Source: Octopus vulgaris (taxonomy: Eukaryota). From it: a stretch of 64,000 nucleotides of DNA. The translations under genes were made by a program, and so were the position numbers. This document shows positions 1-13,460 of this stretch, piece after piece. How positions within the stretch are numbered: the stretch's first letter is position 1; every line of letters begins with the position of its first letter. The stretch covers positions 21,018,001 through 21,082,000 of the forward strand of contig OX597819.1 of NCBI GenBank assembly GCA_951406725.2, in the 5' to 3' direction. Under the pieces are notes generated by a model. It saw only the letters and a program-made list of their open reading frames with translations, did not search any database and was not told the origin of the DNA.

Positions 1-106
1 TCATCTTGTTCTATGTCTTTAATCCTAATAGAAAGAACAACATCTTTGCTACAATATGGTGTTGCGTAATTCGGTGGTTATGAGCTAGACCTTCCAGTAC
101 CTTCCA

Positions 107-150
<44 letters not shown>

Positions 151-199
151 ACTACAACAACTACTACAACAACTACTACTACTTTTACTACTACATAGC

Positions 200-730
200 T
201 TTCATTCGTCTCTAGTGGTGGGCGTCTCACTTCTTTTAACATCTCCCAGTAACTCGTCTGTTGCACTGAGTGAATTTTCTTTGTTAGTGTCGCAGTAACT
301 CGAACTCCGCATTGAGTTTAACCTTTGGTATTGACCTTGGTTGGGAACTTTAATTCAGGCGCCTCAGAACAAATGTTTTCCACAGGAACAGCGTGATATT
401 CTCTTGCCTGGTTCTCAATGGTCCCAGAATCCAGCCAGTCTTTTCCCTATACAGTGTTACTATCTTAATATTAAGCACAAGGAATGATGCGTCATTGGTC
501 CTGTCAGTTTCGAGGACACGCACCGATTCTCATTTTGGAATAGCACTACTCCCTCATCCTGTGGATTCCGACTTCAAACTATTTAAGAACCGATAGAAGA
601 GTGTTGGAAAATTCTCAGCGCTGAGTTGCATGTTATTTTCCTCCGCCCATCGCATTTAATTTCATTGCCGTTTCAGTGTGTCCTCGTGGTCCTCGACTGC
701 TTGCAATATTATCCCAAGCAGTTATAGCAG
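200..730 (-). mobile_element. Degraded CR1/L2-like (Jockey-group) LINE RT fragment
   Basis: Minus strand reads RWAEENNMQLSAENF and QQTSYWEMLKEVR, matching [15 protein letters not shown] and QNISYWVRLKVLN in the copy at 41686-42650; stops and frameshifts present. Confidence 0.7.
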
Positions 731-854
731 CCATGAAATCTTTGCCCCTGATAGTTTCAATATGAATCACTGCATACGTTTGCGCGAAGGTGTGCCGTAC
801 ATTACATATCAGAATTCTTAATAGATTTTCATATTAATATATAAAAGTTTTCGA

Positions 855-1030
855 AGCAGTTAGCTGGCAGAATCGTCAGCACGGTGAGTAAAATGTTTAG
901 CGGCATTTTGTCCCGGAGTCGACATTGCCTTTCAACTTTCGGGGCCGGTAAAACAAGTTCCAGTTGAGCCCAGTGTCAGTGAAATCAACTTAGCTTCTAC
1001 CGCTTGTGTTAAAATATTTGAAACCAATAT
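855..1030 (+). mobile_element. Degenerate SINE family B copy
   Basis: agctggcagaatcgtcagcacg...gtcgacattgcctttcaactttcgggg matches the family B copies at 47306 and 63026. Confidence 0.7.
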
Positions 1031-1299
1031 TTAAAAATTTCTAAGCTTCTTTATATATTGCTTTATGACCAAACATCATTTCCATAATTTTCTCTGAAAC
1101 TTACACTTTACATCCACATATGCATACACACACACTTACCCACCCACATATTCACCTGCCTCTGCAATGCTGAATCGATTCGCGCAACAGCAAGAGATTA
1201 TTAAGAAATGTCTCACGTCTTTCGGAACAATTATGGCTGAACGTAAGTTATTTCATGAGTTTTAAAATGTCATAGACTTTATGAAGTCACGAATCGTCT

Positions 1300-2200
1300 T
1301 CGAAAGGAGACAAGAAGCCCTCTTCACTGATTGAAGCGTGGCTAATTACTTCCCTAATCTAAACATTTCATTCAAATCTCGATCATTGTAAATGTCAAAG
1401 AGACTCAAAGCTAGTTAAAAATGCAACTTTTGTTACTATGACCAAGTAACGAAACTGAGAATCATGAAGTATCACGAAATCGCATGGCTTTCCATCACTG
1501 GATTATTCTTTGGTTGAATATTCTGAAACCTTCCAAAGAACAATGTAGAAAAATTTCCTCCTGAATCTCAATACGCTTCTCGTGCCTCTTTAACTCTGTT
1601 GATACGTAAAACTTAGAAACTGCTTCAATGCAAAGACGAACAGGGGTCGAAGAAAGATGAACAGAAGACGAACAAAGACGAACAAAAGCAAAGGCGAACA
1701 GTTATCACTTTTCCTTATTTTCTGCAACGTGGAAGATATTTTAATGGTACAAGAAGACAAGCCACGCGGTTGGATCTTTAGTGATTCTCTTACTCAAACT
1801 GTTTCACCGAAATGGTTCAAGACGTTGGAATGTCAGATTGTGCTTTCAGATGGGATTTTTAGCCAGCAAAAAAGAAATCGTTTATGAATACTTGTCGATT
1901 ATGTGTTGAATGAAGCTGGGTTATATTCTTCCCCTTATAGCCATCTTCTTATATTCGCCTGCACTAAAATGGTTTTGCTTTTATTTTTTTCTGGCAATCT
2001 AGGGGCTGATATATATTGTTTTGAGGGCTCACTAATTGAAACATCCCAATTTTGATTTCATCGATTAAGAAAATCTAACGGATTTCGGAGTTACCTTATA
2101 CAAATAACAAAAAGAGATTTCTCTTTTTTTTTTACACACACTAGACATCAATATGTATATTTTCTAGAGCCGAAAATCGCTTTGGCCTGAAATGTATATG
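1300..2200 (+). mobile_element. Possible highly degraded Chapaev-like DNA transposon relic
   Basis: Only scattered peptide echoes (LIFCNVEDILM, ILVDY) of the transposase family seen at 46.3-46.85 kb; no continuous ORF. Confidence 0.3.
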
Positions 2201-2547
2201 AAGAAAACTAAAGTCCTCGCTCAACTGGCTGCAATGACCAACTCCCCTGTTTTCAATATCCCCATTCCTGATACACAAGTTGTACTTATCAGTCATATAT
2301 CATATCCGCAAATATTCTTTCCAAGTAAAACACTTCTGAAAAGGCGTACTACAAATAGCTGTGAACCCATCCGGCAAAACGAGCCTTTAAAACCCAAATA
2401 TACAAAGCCAGCAAATTTCCCTATATATATATATATATATATGATAAAGGTAGCTTATTCGCAATTTACGACCGAAAGACAGAAATATAGACGTCACTAA
2501 AGTGATTGAGTGTACTGGTTAGCACCAGGATTTCTAGGCTGGATAAG

Positions 2548-2596
2548 AGCCACTGATGAGCATTAATAAAAATGCGAAACCACGGGTGATATAGCT
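2548..2596 (+). ncRNA. Type I hammerhead ribozyme motif, degenerate stems I and III
   Basis: agcca CTGATGA gcat-taataaaa-atgc GAAA ccacgggtga TA tagct; intact core, perfect stem II, one mismatch each in stems I and III; lies about 100 bp after a (TA)n tract. Confidence 0.65.
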
Positions 2597-2714
2597 ACGT
2601 GCCAGACATGGCAAGGATCACGCCTCCTTTGTCAGTCTTGAGGTAAGTGCTTTATTTTGGCTAAGAGCTATGTCTTAGCCACAATAGTAGCGACGTCCAC
2701 ACACACCCACACAT

Positions 2715-2929
2715 ATATTCTTTTATATTTGTATTTGTTTCAGTCATTTGACTTCGGCTATGATGGAGCATTTAGTCGAACAAATCGACCCCACGATTTA
2801 TTCTTTGTAAGCCTAACACTTATTCTATCGATATCTTTTACCGAACCTTTAAGTCACATGGACGTGAACACAGAAACATTGGCTTTCAAGATGGTGGGGT
2901 GAGAGAGAACATACACAGACACACACATG

Positions 2930-2970
<41 letters not shown>

Positions 2971-3120
2971 ACGACGGGTTCTTTCAGATTCCGTGTACCA
3001 AATCCATTTTTGTTCGGCTTGAGGCTATGGTAGATGACACTTGTCCAAGGTAACAACGCAGTGGGACTGAACCCGGAAACATTTGGTTGGTAGGCAAGCT
3101 ACTTACCGAACAACCACTTC
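2715..3120 (-). mobile_element. SINE family A (tRNA head, CORE-like, internal microsatellite), diverged
   Basis: Reverse complement of the 6324-6748 copy. Confidence 0.85.
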
Positions 3121-3274
3121 AGCAAAAGAGTGACTAAACGTCAGTGAGTTTCGAGCGTTAAGTCACTCTATAATATCTGCTAAATATTAATGAAAATATA
3201 CATGCACTCATATTTTGAGTTCTATCTTTACTCTTTGTATTAACATACCTATATATAATACACTCACACACACA

Positions 3275-3309
<35 letters not shown>

Positions 3310-4309
3310 TCATATAGATATGTATACTAACGTATATAGACATCTGAAATATTTTGCTGTGTGCCGGTATGTGTGAGTGTATGAATGCTTAAAATTTTTG
3401 CAATAACAAACCTATCACTTTTCCACGGAAATTTCAATCTATAACTCTGCCTCCAAATCAATCACTACTTATGATATTTTATCCCCATCTTCAATCATAT
3501 TTCTTTACGACCGCCACCGACAACACCAATGGCACCCTCACTTCCACACCCAACACCACTAGCTCTCCCTACTTCTCTACAAATCATTCCCTCTTCCAAC
3601 TCATTCACTTTATCACCTTTTTTTTTATATCTATATGTTCATTCATTCATTTTGCACATATAATATTTCTATCTATACGGAGCGGAACCTATATATTATC
3701 TTAATGCATGCGTGCAATACATGAATTTACGTGAACAGCCATATATCATATTGTTCATGTTTGTATATATAAAAATACATGACGTACACATGCGGTAATT
3801 TATGTAAATATGTATTTATCTATCTAACTATACCCCTCCCTCTCTCTCTCTCCCTATATATATATATGTGTTTATATATCTTTACACACTCACACAAACA
3901 CACACACACACACACACACATAATTCATGTGAGCATATTTATGCACATATGTATTACATAAATATAAATATTTGAATTTATAATTTATAGAGAATGAGGG
4001 AGGAGGAGAGAATGTGTGTCAGGTGACTGTCTGTGTTTGTGTGTGTATATATATGCACCAGTAGAATGTGTGTGTGTGCGTATCGGGGTTGACTAAGTAG
4101 TAGATACATTTGTATGTGTGTCTCTATAACCGATATATGCGTGTGTTTCCGTGAGTGTGTGTGTATACACGGATAGAGAGATATAGGTAGACGGCAGCCA
4201 TATTGTATTTATAAAGCTATATATTTAACTGTGTTTGCATGTGTAGAAGTAGACATTAATCACCTGGGATTTGTACGATTGTGTGTACATGTAGAATACA
4301 TATATAGGT

Positions 4310-4600
4310 TGATTGATAAGTAATTGGTTGTCGAGCTGTTTGGCAATTCCTTTGATTAATCGGATTATCAGATTACTGCCATTTAATCAACTGATTATTG
4401 AGCTGGGAACATCAAAGGAAGTCACCTTAGTTGAAGCCAGGTTGAATCGATCGATGCTTATGAATGGTTCTCTGGACATGATTATTTTTCTCAACAAGGG
4501 AGACATTTGTTTTTCCGCAACAGTTATAAATCTTAATAAAAGCATTTATTTTACGGCTGTTACGCGCATAAACGGAGCGTCGGCAGTTGATACGTTTCTA
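4310..4600. promoter_or_regulatory. Enhancer-like unique island with inverted TCF/LEF site pair
   Basis: ttcctttgat (4347-4356) and atcaaaggaa (4411-4420), plus tgattaat, taattgg and ttttacgg homeodomain-type sites in non-repetitive sequence. Confidence 0.3.
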
Positions 4601-6282
4601 CCACACTAGATTCTATATTTACACATCAGTCTATAATAATACTAATGTTAATTCAAATATTTTTCGTCTTCTGTTTTTTTGTTTTTTTAATAAAGGTTAG
4701 AACAAAGCTTCAAACCTTCTATTATTAATACGATACACTGGGGGATGGTGTTTTGCGTCGTATAGTTTTTGTTAGTTTTTCTTTCTTAGCCATTTAGTAA
4801 CATTTATATCATTCGTTTTGGCTTTCATAGTCTTTACAGCAAATAACACAGACGTCTGAAAGTGCTGACACCTCTCATTCGCATTTTATTTAAGTTTTTT
4901 TTTTATATTCTTGCCCACCTGAATTTCTCACGGGGTATCCTGGTTTTGTTTTGATGTAGGATGTAGCGTTGCTCTATTTTAAATATGGAGGTTCGTTCCC
5001 ACAGTTTATTCTATAACTGTTGTACTTTAGCCCCAGGCTTCACCTGGTCTATATCTATGAGTATATATGTTCAAACTATAATCATTTCAGAGAGAAGTAT
5101 TTACAAATTGATATTAATAAGACAGTGAAGAGGAATTTTAACTGATCTACTGAGTTTTTTCATTTATCATCCATATAAATTTAGGCACAAGGGTAGCGCT
5201 TCTGGGGTAGGGGGTAATATGATCATATCAACTGCAGTTTTCAATTGGTATTTATTTTATTGAACCTGAAATTATGAAAGGCCAAGCTAAACTCGGCAAA
5301 AATTGAACACAGAATAAAAGGCGGGCGAAATTGATTCTGAACGTGCAGCCTTTTGAGATCCTTTACGAGTCCTACAGACTTAATCGCATAGGGCTCTATG
5401 GTGCATATATATATATACTCCTCGATTAGAAGCCGGTCTGCTGGAAGATTACTCATTTCAACATCTGAGTGGACTGGACTAACATGAAACGAAGCGTTTT
5501 GTTCAAGAACCCATATAATTAATATCAAAATCTAGATATAATTATTCTCTTTGTTATTTGTTAGGAGGAAACATGAGTGAATACAAAATTAATTAAAAAG
5601 CGGGTGCATTGCTTTAGAAAAATACCCATGGGCAGGCGGTGCAAAAAAGTTAAGTCCTGTTAAAACTGGTAAATACACGGTAAGATGAACTAAGGAAAAA
5701 AATATTAAAAATATAAATGCTATGTTATGGTATTTGAACTCGTTGACGGAGTGCTAGAAAGCGCTCACGTTGCATCCTGCTTATGTTTTGTATCTATTAG
5801 TCTAGGTGGAGTTTACTCCTCTTCACACCTGACAAAAGTCGATTTCTTCCATAGACAGAGAAAGAGAACTAATATGCTAGTGTAACAGAAGAGAAATAAC
5901 CAGTACACACTTGGTCACTTATTTAGCGACCTTGTGAGGATGACAGCAAATTTGGCCTCGAAGGACAGAGCCACAAATCGATTTCAGCCAAGCAACATGT
6001 GCAGCGCTCAAACCAGTTGGCTTATTACGTAAATAAACAAGTTAATGCTTCATTTTCTACTGACTGTACAATCCCTAGATTACAAGGAGTAAGTAGTAAG
6101 CTTCTTGTAGATAGGTCTATCACCACTAAGCTATTGGTTCGTCCTTTTGCTTGGCCAGAGACTTGTGTTGGGGAGATATGTCGAATCTGTTCACTGCCGT
6201 TATCGTACGAGAAGATCTGTAAAAGTATCATCCCCAGTTCGTACCAGCTAATCATTAAACACATAATCGTGGGACATTATTT

Positions 6283-6323
<41 letters not shown>

Positions 6324-6325
<2 letters not shown>

Positions 6326-6485
6326 CGCAGGAGTGGCTGTGTGGTAAGTAGCTTGCTTATGAACTACATGGTTCCGGGTTCAGTCCCACTTCATGGCAAC
6401 TTGGGCAAGTGTCTTCTACTATAACCTCGGGCTGACCAAAGCCTTGTGAGTGGATTTGGTAGACGGAAACTAAAAGAAACCCGTC

Positions 6486-6530
<45 letters not shown>

Positions 6531-6748
6531 GTGTGTGTGTGTGTGTTTGTGTGTCTATGTTTGTCCCCCCAACATCGCTTAACAACCGATGCTGGTGTGT
6601 TTACGTCCGCGTAACTGAACGGTTCGGCAAAAGAGACCGTTAGAATAAGTACTAGGCTTACAAAGAATAGGTCCTGGGGTCGATTTGCTCGACCTAAGGT
6701 TTTGCTCCAGCATGGCCACAACCAAATGACTGAAACAAGTAAAAGAGT
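6324..6748 (+). mobile_element. SINE family A, full length
   Basis: ggcgcaggagtggctgtgtggtaag (A box), ggttcagtccc (B box), ttgggcaagtgtctt (CORE-like), internal (TA)n(TG)n, tail tgactgaaacaagtaaaagagta; several copies in window. Confidence 0.9.
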
Positions 6749-6769
6749 ATTATTATCAATTCCATTGCA

Positions 6770-6865
6770 CACCTTCTAACGCTGGAGGTGTAGTACGGTG
6801 TCAGCTGTTCACTGCCAGTGAACTAAGGAAATACCTCTAATTTTTCGAGCACTTTCCGGAGTATT
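6770..6865 (-). mobile_element. 3' end fragment of R4/Dong-like LINE
   Basis: Reverse complement of 10965-11065 (ttagttcactgg...ctccagcgttagaag). Confidence 0.75.
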
Positions 6866-7155
6866 CAAAGCCTTGTGAGTGGATTTGGTAGACGGAAACT
6901 GAAAGAAGCCCGTCGTATATATGTATATATACGCGTATGTGTGTTTGTGTGTATGTGTTTGTCCCCCTGGCATTGCTTGACAACCGATGCTGGTGTGTTT
7001 ATGTCCCCGTTACTTAGCGGTTCGGCAAAAGAGACCGATAGAATAAGTACTGGGCTTACAAAAGAATAAGTCCCGGGGTCGAGTTGCTCGATTAAATGCG
7101 GTGCTCCAGCATGGTCGCAGTCAAATGATTGAAACAAGTAAAAGAGTAAGAGTAT
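6866..7155 (+). mobile_element. SINE family A, 5'-truncated
   Basis: Matches 6437-6748. Confidence 0.9.
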
Positions 7156-7974
7156 ACTAGTTGGCTCTGCTCAGGAGTAGAATTAACCCTTTTGAAAGAA
7201 GCCAAAATATTAGACCCTGTTGTTCTGAGAAATGTTTCCTGAGGAAAAATACACAACTGTAGCGCATCTCCTTTCAGTCTGCCGCAATCATGGTTTATGA
7301 TCATAATTAGGTCCTACGCGGGATAGCACAAGTTTCTGCATCTCTAACTATTGTTCCTCATTGCTGCTCCTCCACTCATGCAGCTTGAAATTATTTACTG
7401 CTATATCAGAATCGAGTGCTTACGTTTCTGAGACATGGACATTACTTAAGGAACTGAAACATGATACTCACGGAAAATTCTTCTCAAGTTTTCTGTTTTT
7501 TTTGTGAGGCCCATTACGTATAAATAAAAGCCACAAGAATGATTTAGTTCTCGGTCGCATATCACTATCCGTTCTACTTCCAGTAGAATTCTGTGGATAC
7601 TACTGTACGTGATATACAAAAGGAATTTACGGGACATACGATAAACCTAAGATGCCGTTTACACCGTTCGTTCGAAACTCTGGTTTGACTACCGGTCTTA
7701 TTTGCAGCTTCCGCAATAGGACTTCATATGAACATAATGCAATAAAGTGAAACTGAGAGAACTAAAATTTGTTTATGCATGAAAATGCACAATAACCGAC
7801 AACGGCAGAAGCAAAGCGCCACAATGGCGAAACGTACTTAGAGAACAAAATGAATAAAGCACACACGTCCGCACGCATGCATAGACACACACATATATAT
7901 ATAAATATTGCTCTATGTTATATATTTTAATAATTATTGATATATATAGATATATATATATTTATATATATATA

Positions 7975-8034
<60 letters not shown>

Positions 8035-9084
8035 CATAATGTTATACATGTATGTATAATGTTATAGTTACCCTTTTAGTAAATAAATAAATTTGCATAA
8101 CGTCTAAAAGTTGATGAATAAAAATTGATTGACAGCCTGCAGTTAGGTGGCGTTTACCGCCCAAAAGAAAACAAGATGTGATGTATCCGACACGAATGAG
8201 TTCGAACGGATGCGGTATACTTTGACAGTGTCTATTCGATATATATCTTCTATAAAATCACTGCATATATACAAGTTGCCTCTTCAGCGAACATACATAT
8301 ATTAATGGATCGAATATATATATTTTTAAATTGCGGGCGTCTAACAAATCTCTTTGATATCTTGCTGTTATAAACGACACTCAGTCAGAAAGCACTGCGT
8401 GTAGTTTTAATTTTCAGCCAAGCATGTATAAGGTAACATTATCAAATGTGGAATCAAGCTTTTAAGCCCTTTGTATGTGATATATATGCAAGTTACTTGC
8501 TAGATTTTGTGCCTAGGTTGAGCGTCACATGAAGTAGACGTTTTTCGTTACTCACGGGGAATTTTAAACAGAATTATGTATATTTGCATGGCGGGAAATT
8601 TACAGTAATGGTGCGGTACTCATGTCTTCGTATAACTTCAATAATACTTTAATAAATGATTATTTATTTATGTGCAAGGTTATCAATTTTGAAAAGAGGG
8701 AGTAAATCTTCCCTTAGCTGACTCAAGGCCTAAATACCCTATTCGATCTATATCAGCAATTTATTAAATTTAGAGACAATAATATGATCAGGCTGGTCAT
8801 TATCCTCGTCAATGTGATCAATGCACTGTCTGTCGCAAAGTTCAAGAAAACTACTTTCTTAATTCTTCTCAACTGACGGAAAAAATATATACACACAAAA
8901 AATTCTTTAATATTTATATTCATTATTTTCTGCGTGAAGCAACAGGAGCAGCCATGAATACTTTCAGCAACTCTGACACCAAAATGTTATAAGAATGATG
9001 AAATGAAAGTAAGCATGATCACAGATATCTTAGGACAGTAAATATACATAAAACCAGGACTTTTATTAAAGTATGACAAAGCCG

Positions 9085-9330
9085 TATGCTGGCAGAGAGT
9101 TTAATGAGTTGCAAAAATTATTTGCTGTATATGTCCCAGAACTTGCCGTCTAAGTTCCACTGCGGCCGATCTCAACTTCACACCATATCCTTTCGGTGCC
9201 AGTAAATATAATTACACTGAAATACTGGAGTTGTTTGTACCAGCTTCACATCATATCTTTTCGGCTCCAGTAAATAAAAGTACACTGAAAAAACTGGAGT
9301 TGTTGGTACCGACTTACACACGCAGGATGA
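9085..9330 (+). mobile_element. Degenerate SINE family B with internal tandem duplication of about 68 bp
   Basis: cttcacaccatatcctttcggtgccagtaaata...ctggagttgtt occurs twice, from 9176 and 9244. Confidence 0.55.
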
Positions 9331-10159
9331 AATCGCCAAGTTTTAGACTAGATTTAAAGAAACAATTCTAAATTATTTATTAAAGATGCATGAAGAGACA
9401 CCTAAACAACACATCGACGCTGGAAACATTTCAGAAAATACACATATGCATAAAGCTGTCTCTAACACTATATGGGCAGCTGGTGTACTGTATGCATGAG
9501 GCTCTAAATGAAATAGAACAACATTCCCAGCATGCTTACTACAGGAACCAACACATATTAGCTATAAAAGGTGGTTAAAAACTCTCACTGTGCAATATCG
9601 TGCTCTCTGCGCTGTGAGAGGGCAGTGACTGCTACAACGCGTTTGGTCGCAGTTTTTAACTCAACCATTGTTGATTTGGGGTTTTAACAACAAAATGAAA
9701 AATAACTATCAAGACATATTTTATAAAATTCCAAACAAAAGTAAAATTTAACCGGTCACAAATTTTCATTATCGCAATCTATAATTCATAACTGAGCCGT
9801 CACAAAACTATGTTCCTTGTTTTGGTCAGTAAAACATTAGTATTGCTGTTAACATATCATCATCATTTTTCTTCTAATTATTATTATTTTTGTTGTTGCT
9901 GCTGCTGTTGTTGTCGAGTAAAAAAAGTAGAGCATGCCATCAAAGAGACACCGGAGTAAAATATATGAAGCCCAGTATACCCATTATGAGTACCCGTCTG
10001 ATAAGGGTACACCAGGCACATGCATTACAACCATATATGCGCGACATATTGACCTCAAATCAAGATAAACAATGTACATGATAGCAATTCCAATCAGTTA
10101 AGATCAGAGTCCGTGAAAGCCACTGCCATGTACTGCATCAGGGCATTTAATAATAATAA

Positions 10160-11070
10160 TATTTAGGATGAAGGATTGCAAATATAAAACACTATACAAG
10201 AAATTGAAATCGAATGAAACTGAAAATAGGTGGGTAAAGAAAAGAATACATGGACAATTTCATAGGGATGTAACAGATAAGACAGACAGCAAAATAAGAT
10301 CGCAGTAGATGACTAAAGGTGATTTAAATCCGGAAACAGAGGATGTAATCTGTGCAGCCCAAGTGCAAGAACTAAGAACAAACTACATAAAATACAGAAG
10401 AAACAACACAGCAGAAAGTGTTAAGTGCAGAATCTGTGGACAAAAGGGTGAAACTGTAAGGCATATTACCAGCCAATGTACGCCATTAGCCCAGAAGGAA
10501 TATAAGAGACGCCATGATAATATAGCAAGGCTTGTCCATTGGACACATTGCAACAAGTATGGACTTGACAGAGCAAAAAATTGGTAAGACCACAAACCTG
10601 AAGGCATTGTCGAAAATGGAAATGCAAAGATCCTATGAGATATTATGATTCAGTGCGACCATGAGATAGAGAATAGGAAGCTGGACATAGTCTTAATTGA
10701 GAAAGAAAACAAACGATGCTGGATCATAGATATAGCATGCCCAGCTGGCAACAAGGCATGCGATAAGGAGGAAAGAAAGTCGATACATACGACAGGTTAG
10801 TTTGGGAGGTTAAGCAATTGCGGTTGATGAAAAAAGTAGCAGTTGTATCAATGATTGTCGGAGCCCTGGTAACAGTGAGCAAAATCTCGAAAAGTACGTG
10901 GAACAAATAGGAGCTGTCATAAGGGTGGAGCACTTGCAGAATACAGCACTACATGGAACCGCTCGAATACTCCAAGTGCTCGAAAAATAAGAGGCGTTAC
11001 CTTAGTTCACTGGTAGTAAACGCCTGACACTGTAGTACATCTCCAGCGTTAGAAGCTGTGCAAAGGCATT
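10160..11070 (+). mobile_element. R4/Dong-like non-LTR retrotransposon 3' fragment (CCHC + REL endonuclease)
   Basis: ICAAQVQELRT, CRICGQKGETVRHITSQC (CCHC knuckle), YKRRHDNIARLVHW, RKLDIVLIEK, IIDIACP; (AAT)n/(GTT)n tail; internal stops. Confidence 0.85.
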
Positions 11071-11117
11071 GGTAGTAATAATAATTGTTGTTGTTGTTGT
11101 TCTTATTATTTTTATTA

Positions 11118-11310
11118 AGGCGTCAAGGTAGCACAAATGCTTAGCGTTAATTCGTCTGTTGTTACGTTCTGAGTTCCAATTCCACCGACCTTGTCTTTGC
11201 TTTCATTCTTTCGGGGTGGATGAAATAACAACCAGTTACCTAGTGGGGTCGATGTAATCGACTAGTCCCCTCCCCCCAAATTTCATGCCTTTTGCCATGA
11301 CTAGAAAGGA
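11118..11310 (+). mobile_element. Degenerate SINE family B
   Basis: ttacgttctgagttccaattcc...tttcattctttcggggt...ggggtcgatgtaatcgact. Confidence 0.75.
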
Positions 11311-11389
11311 TTTATTTTTTCATATAAACTCAACAGATTAAAACTTTCGGAAAAGAAAAATTTCTTACATCGGGCTACAACAAGTAACC

Positions 11390-12200
11390 TTATATGCCAA
11401 GAACCCTCTAAGTATCCTAGCTGTCCCTAATAACACTATTTTCTGGAGCTATAATAAACTGGGTTTTATGCCTATTTCCTCTATCCATCCGTTCAGATCT
11501 GTAGGGATAATTCCCAATGTACCTATATCCACTGAGACACATTTTACCTGCACTTCCCATAGTCTTGGTAGTTCAATGTTTAGGTCATGGTACATTAATA
11601 TTTTTCTATATCTCTCAAATTGATTTTTTTGGATCTTTTCGGTTTGAACGGCAGTTTTTAACAATTTCTAGGTAACTAAAAAATGTTAAACTTCATATAC
11701 TGGTAGAATGTGTTTATAAAACATATTTTTGTCTTGGCTTTATTGAGAAAATTCTATAGTTTGTAAGATATTTGTTGTTTTTTTCTTCAATTTCTGCAAT
11801 TTCAACCAATCACTGACGTCCATTGAGGTAAACAACATCCTGTGCCGTGTGAATATGTCCCACGTTTAAGAAACAGATTGGGTTTATTCACATTTGTGAA
11901 GAAAAAAAAAAGATACACTTCCTCCCATCCCTAACCCCACCCCTAAAATAGACTGAAATGCAATAGATCGATTCTAGGGTCATAATTATGGGTAACAATT
12001 TCATATGGCACAGCTTGAAAAAACTGCCGTTCAAACCGAAAAGATCCGATTTTTTCATCATTTAGGACTGTAAAGTGAATTATCTGGCAATTTCTATTCT
12101 CGTTATCAACTATTACTAAATCAGGTCTTCTACCTTCTATTATACAGTCTGAATGTTAAAGTCCCACATCATATATATTTCTTACCTTCTAGGTTTCATT
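11390..12200 (-). mobile_element. R4/Dong-like LINE endonuclease relic interrupted by a MITE
   Basis: RPDLVIVDNE, YHDLNIELPRLWEVQVKCVSVDIGTLGIIP and LQKIVLLGTARILR on the minus strand, split at 11631-12047. Confidence 0.7.
11631..12047. mobile_element. Non-autonomous TIR DNA transposon (MITE)
   Basis: Perfect 29-bp TIRs ggatcttttcggtttgaacggcagttttt (11631-11659 / 12019-12047); flanking gattttttt / gattttttc is consistent with a TSD of about 9 bp. Confidence 0.9.
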
Positions 12201-12454
12201 ACTAGTTTCATGTTCATACCATTATCATTATTATTCAGTAGTCTTATTTTTATCATTTTGTTGCACTGCATTACTCAGCACAGCTCTGTGTGCCTTGGGA
12301 ATGTGCTGCGGTTTGTTGTGATGCTCATATTTTTACTGTATTGAAAGTGTTTTATGTCATCATCATCATTATTATTATTATTATTATTATTATCAACCTG
12401 GGACCTTTTGGCAAAGCAAATAAATCATTACTATAATTATTTTATTTTATTTTA

Positions 12455-12660
12455 TTCAAGCTGTGAGCCGGCAGAATCGTTAGCACGCTGGACGATATGC
12501 TTAGCGGCATTTTGTCCGTCTTTATGTTCTGAATTTCAATTCCTCAAATTTCCTTTTCGTTCTTTCAGGGTCAATAAACAAGTACCAGTTATGCACTGGG
12601 GCCTCTGTAATCGACTTACCCCTCCCCTCGAAATTGTTGGCCTTGTGCCAAAATTTGAAA
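12455..12660 (+). mobile_element. Degenerate SINE family B
   Basis: gagccggcagaatcgttagcacgctgg...agtaccagttatgcactgggg. Confidence 0.75.
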
Positions 12661-13009
12661 CTATTATTATTATTGTTATTATTATTATTATTATCATTTT
12701 TATTACTATTATTAACTTCAACATTATTATATGCTTGCTACGTGGTAGGGGCGAGAAGGAGTGTGGTGGTCGTCGTCATGGTCACGGTCAGGATGTGGAC
12801 GCGGTGAAGGAGGAGGGGGAAGACGACGACGACGACGAGACTGATGATGATGACAACGATACAAAGGAGTATGAGAATGAAGAGGAGGGGGAAGGTAAGG
12901 GAGGTTGATGATTTCTTTATTAGTCACAAAGCTTTTGATTGAAAGGGTCAGAAATTAAAGCAATTTGAAAATTTCAGAGATAAAAATAATATTAATTGAT
13001 AATTGATAA

Positions 13010-13176
13010 TAACATTATTATCATTATTCTCCTTGTCGTTGTTGTTATTATTACTATTATTATTATCATTAGTGTTATTATTATTAATGTTGTTGTTGTT
13101 GTTATTATTATTATTATTAGTGTTATTATTAGTGTTATTATTATTATTATTATTGTTATTATTATTATTATTAGTG

Positions 13177-13272
<96 letters not shown>

Positions 13273-13460
13273 GTGTTATTATTATTATTATATAATTATT
13301 ATTAGTGTTATTATTATTATTATTATTATTAGTGTTATTAATATTAGTATTATTATTATTATTATGTGTTAGTATTATTATTATTATTAGTGTTATAATA
13401 ATAATAATTATTATTATTGTTATTATTGCTGCTGCAGCAGCAGCAGTTGTTGTTATTGTT
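13010..13460. repeat. (ATT)n/(GTT)n microsatellite with periodic AGTGTT interruptions
   Basis: Directly visible; source of the poly-I and poly-L ORF artefacts. Confidence 0.95.

Noticed and set aside
4313-4609. 98-aa ORF as a host gene
   Set aside because: Non-ATG start, no recognisable domain or splice context; looks more regulatory than coding.
6324-6400. tRNA-like A/B box sequences (also 20270-20347, 47306 and 63026)
   Set aside because: Heads of multi-copy SINEs; no complete cloverleaf.
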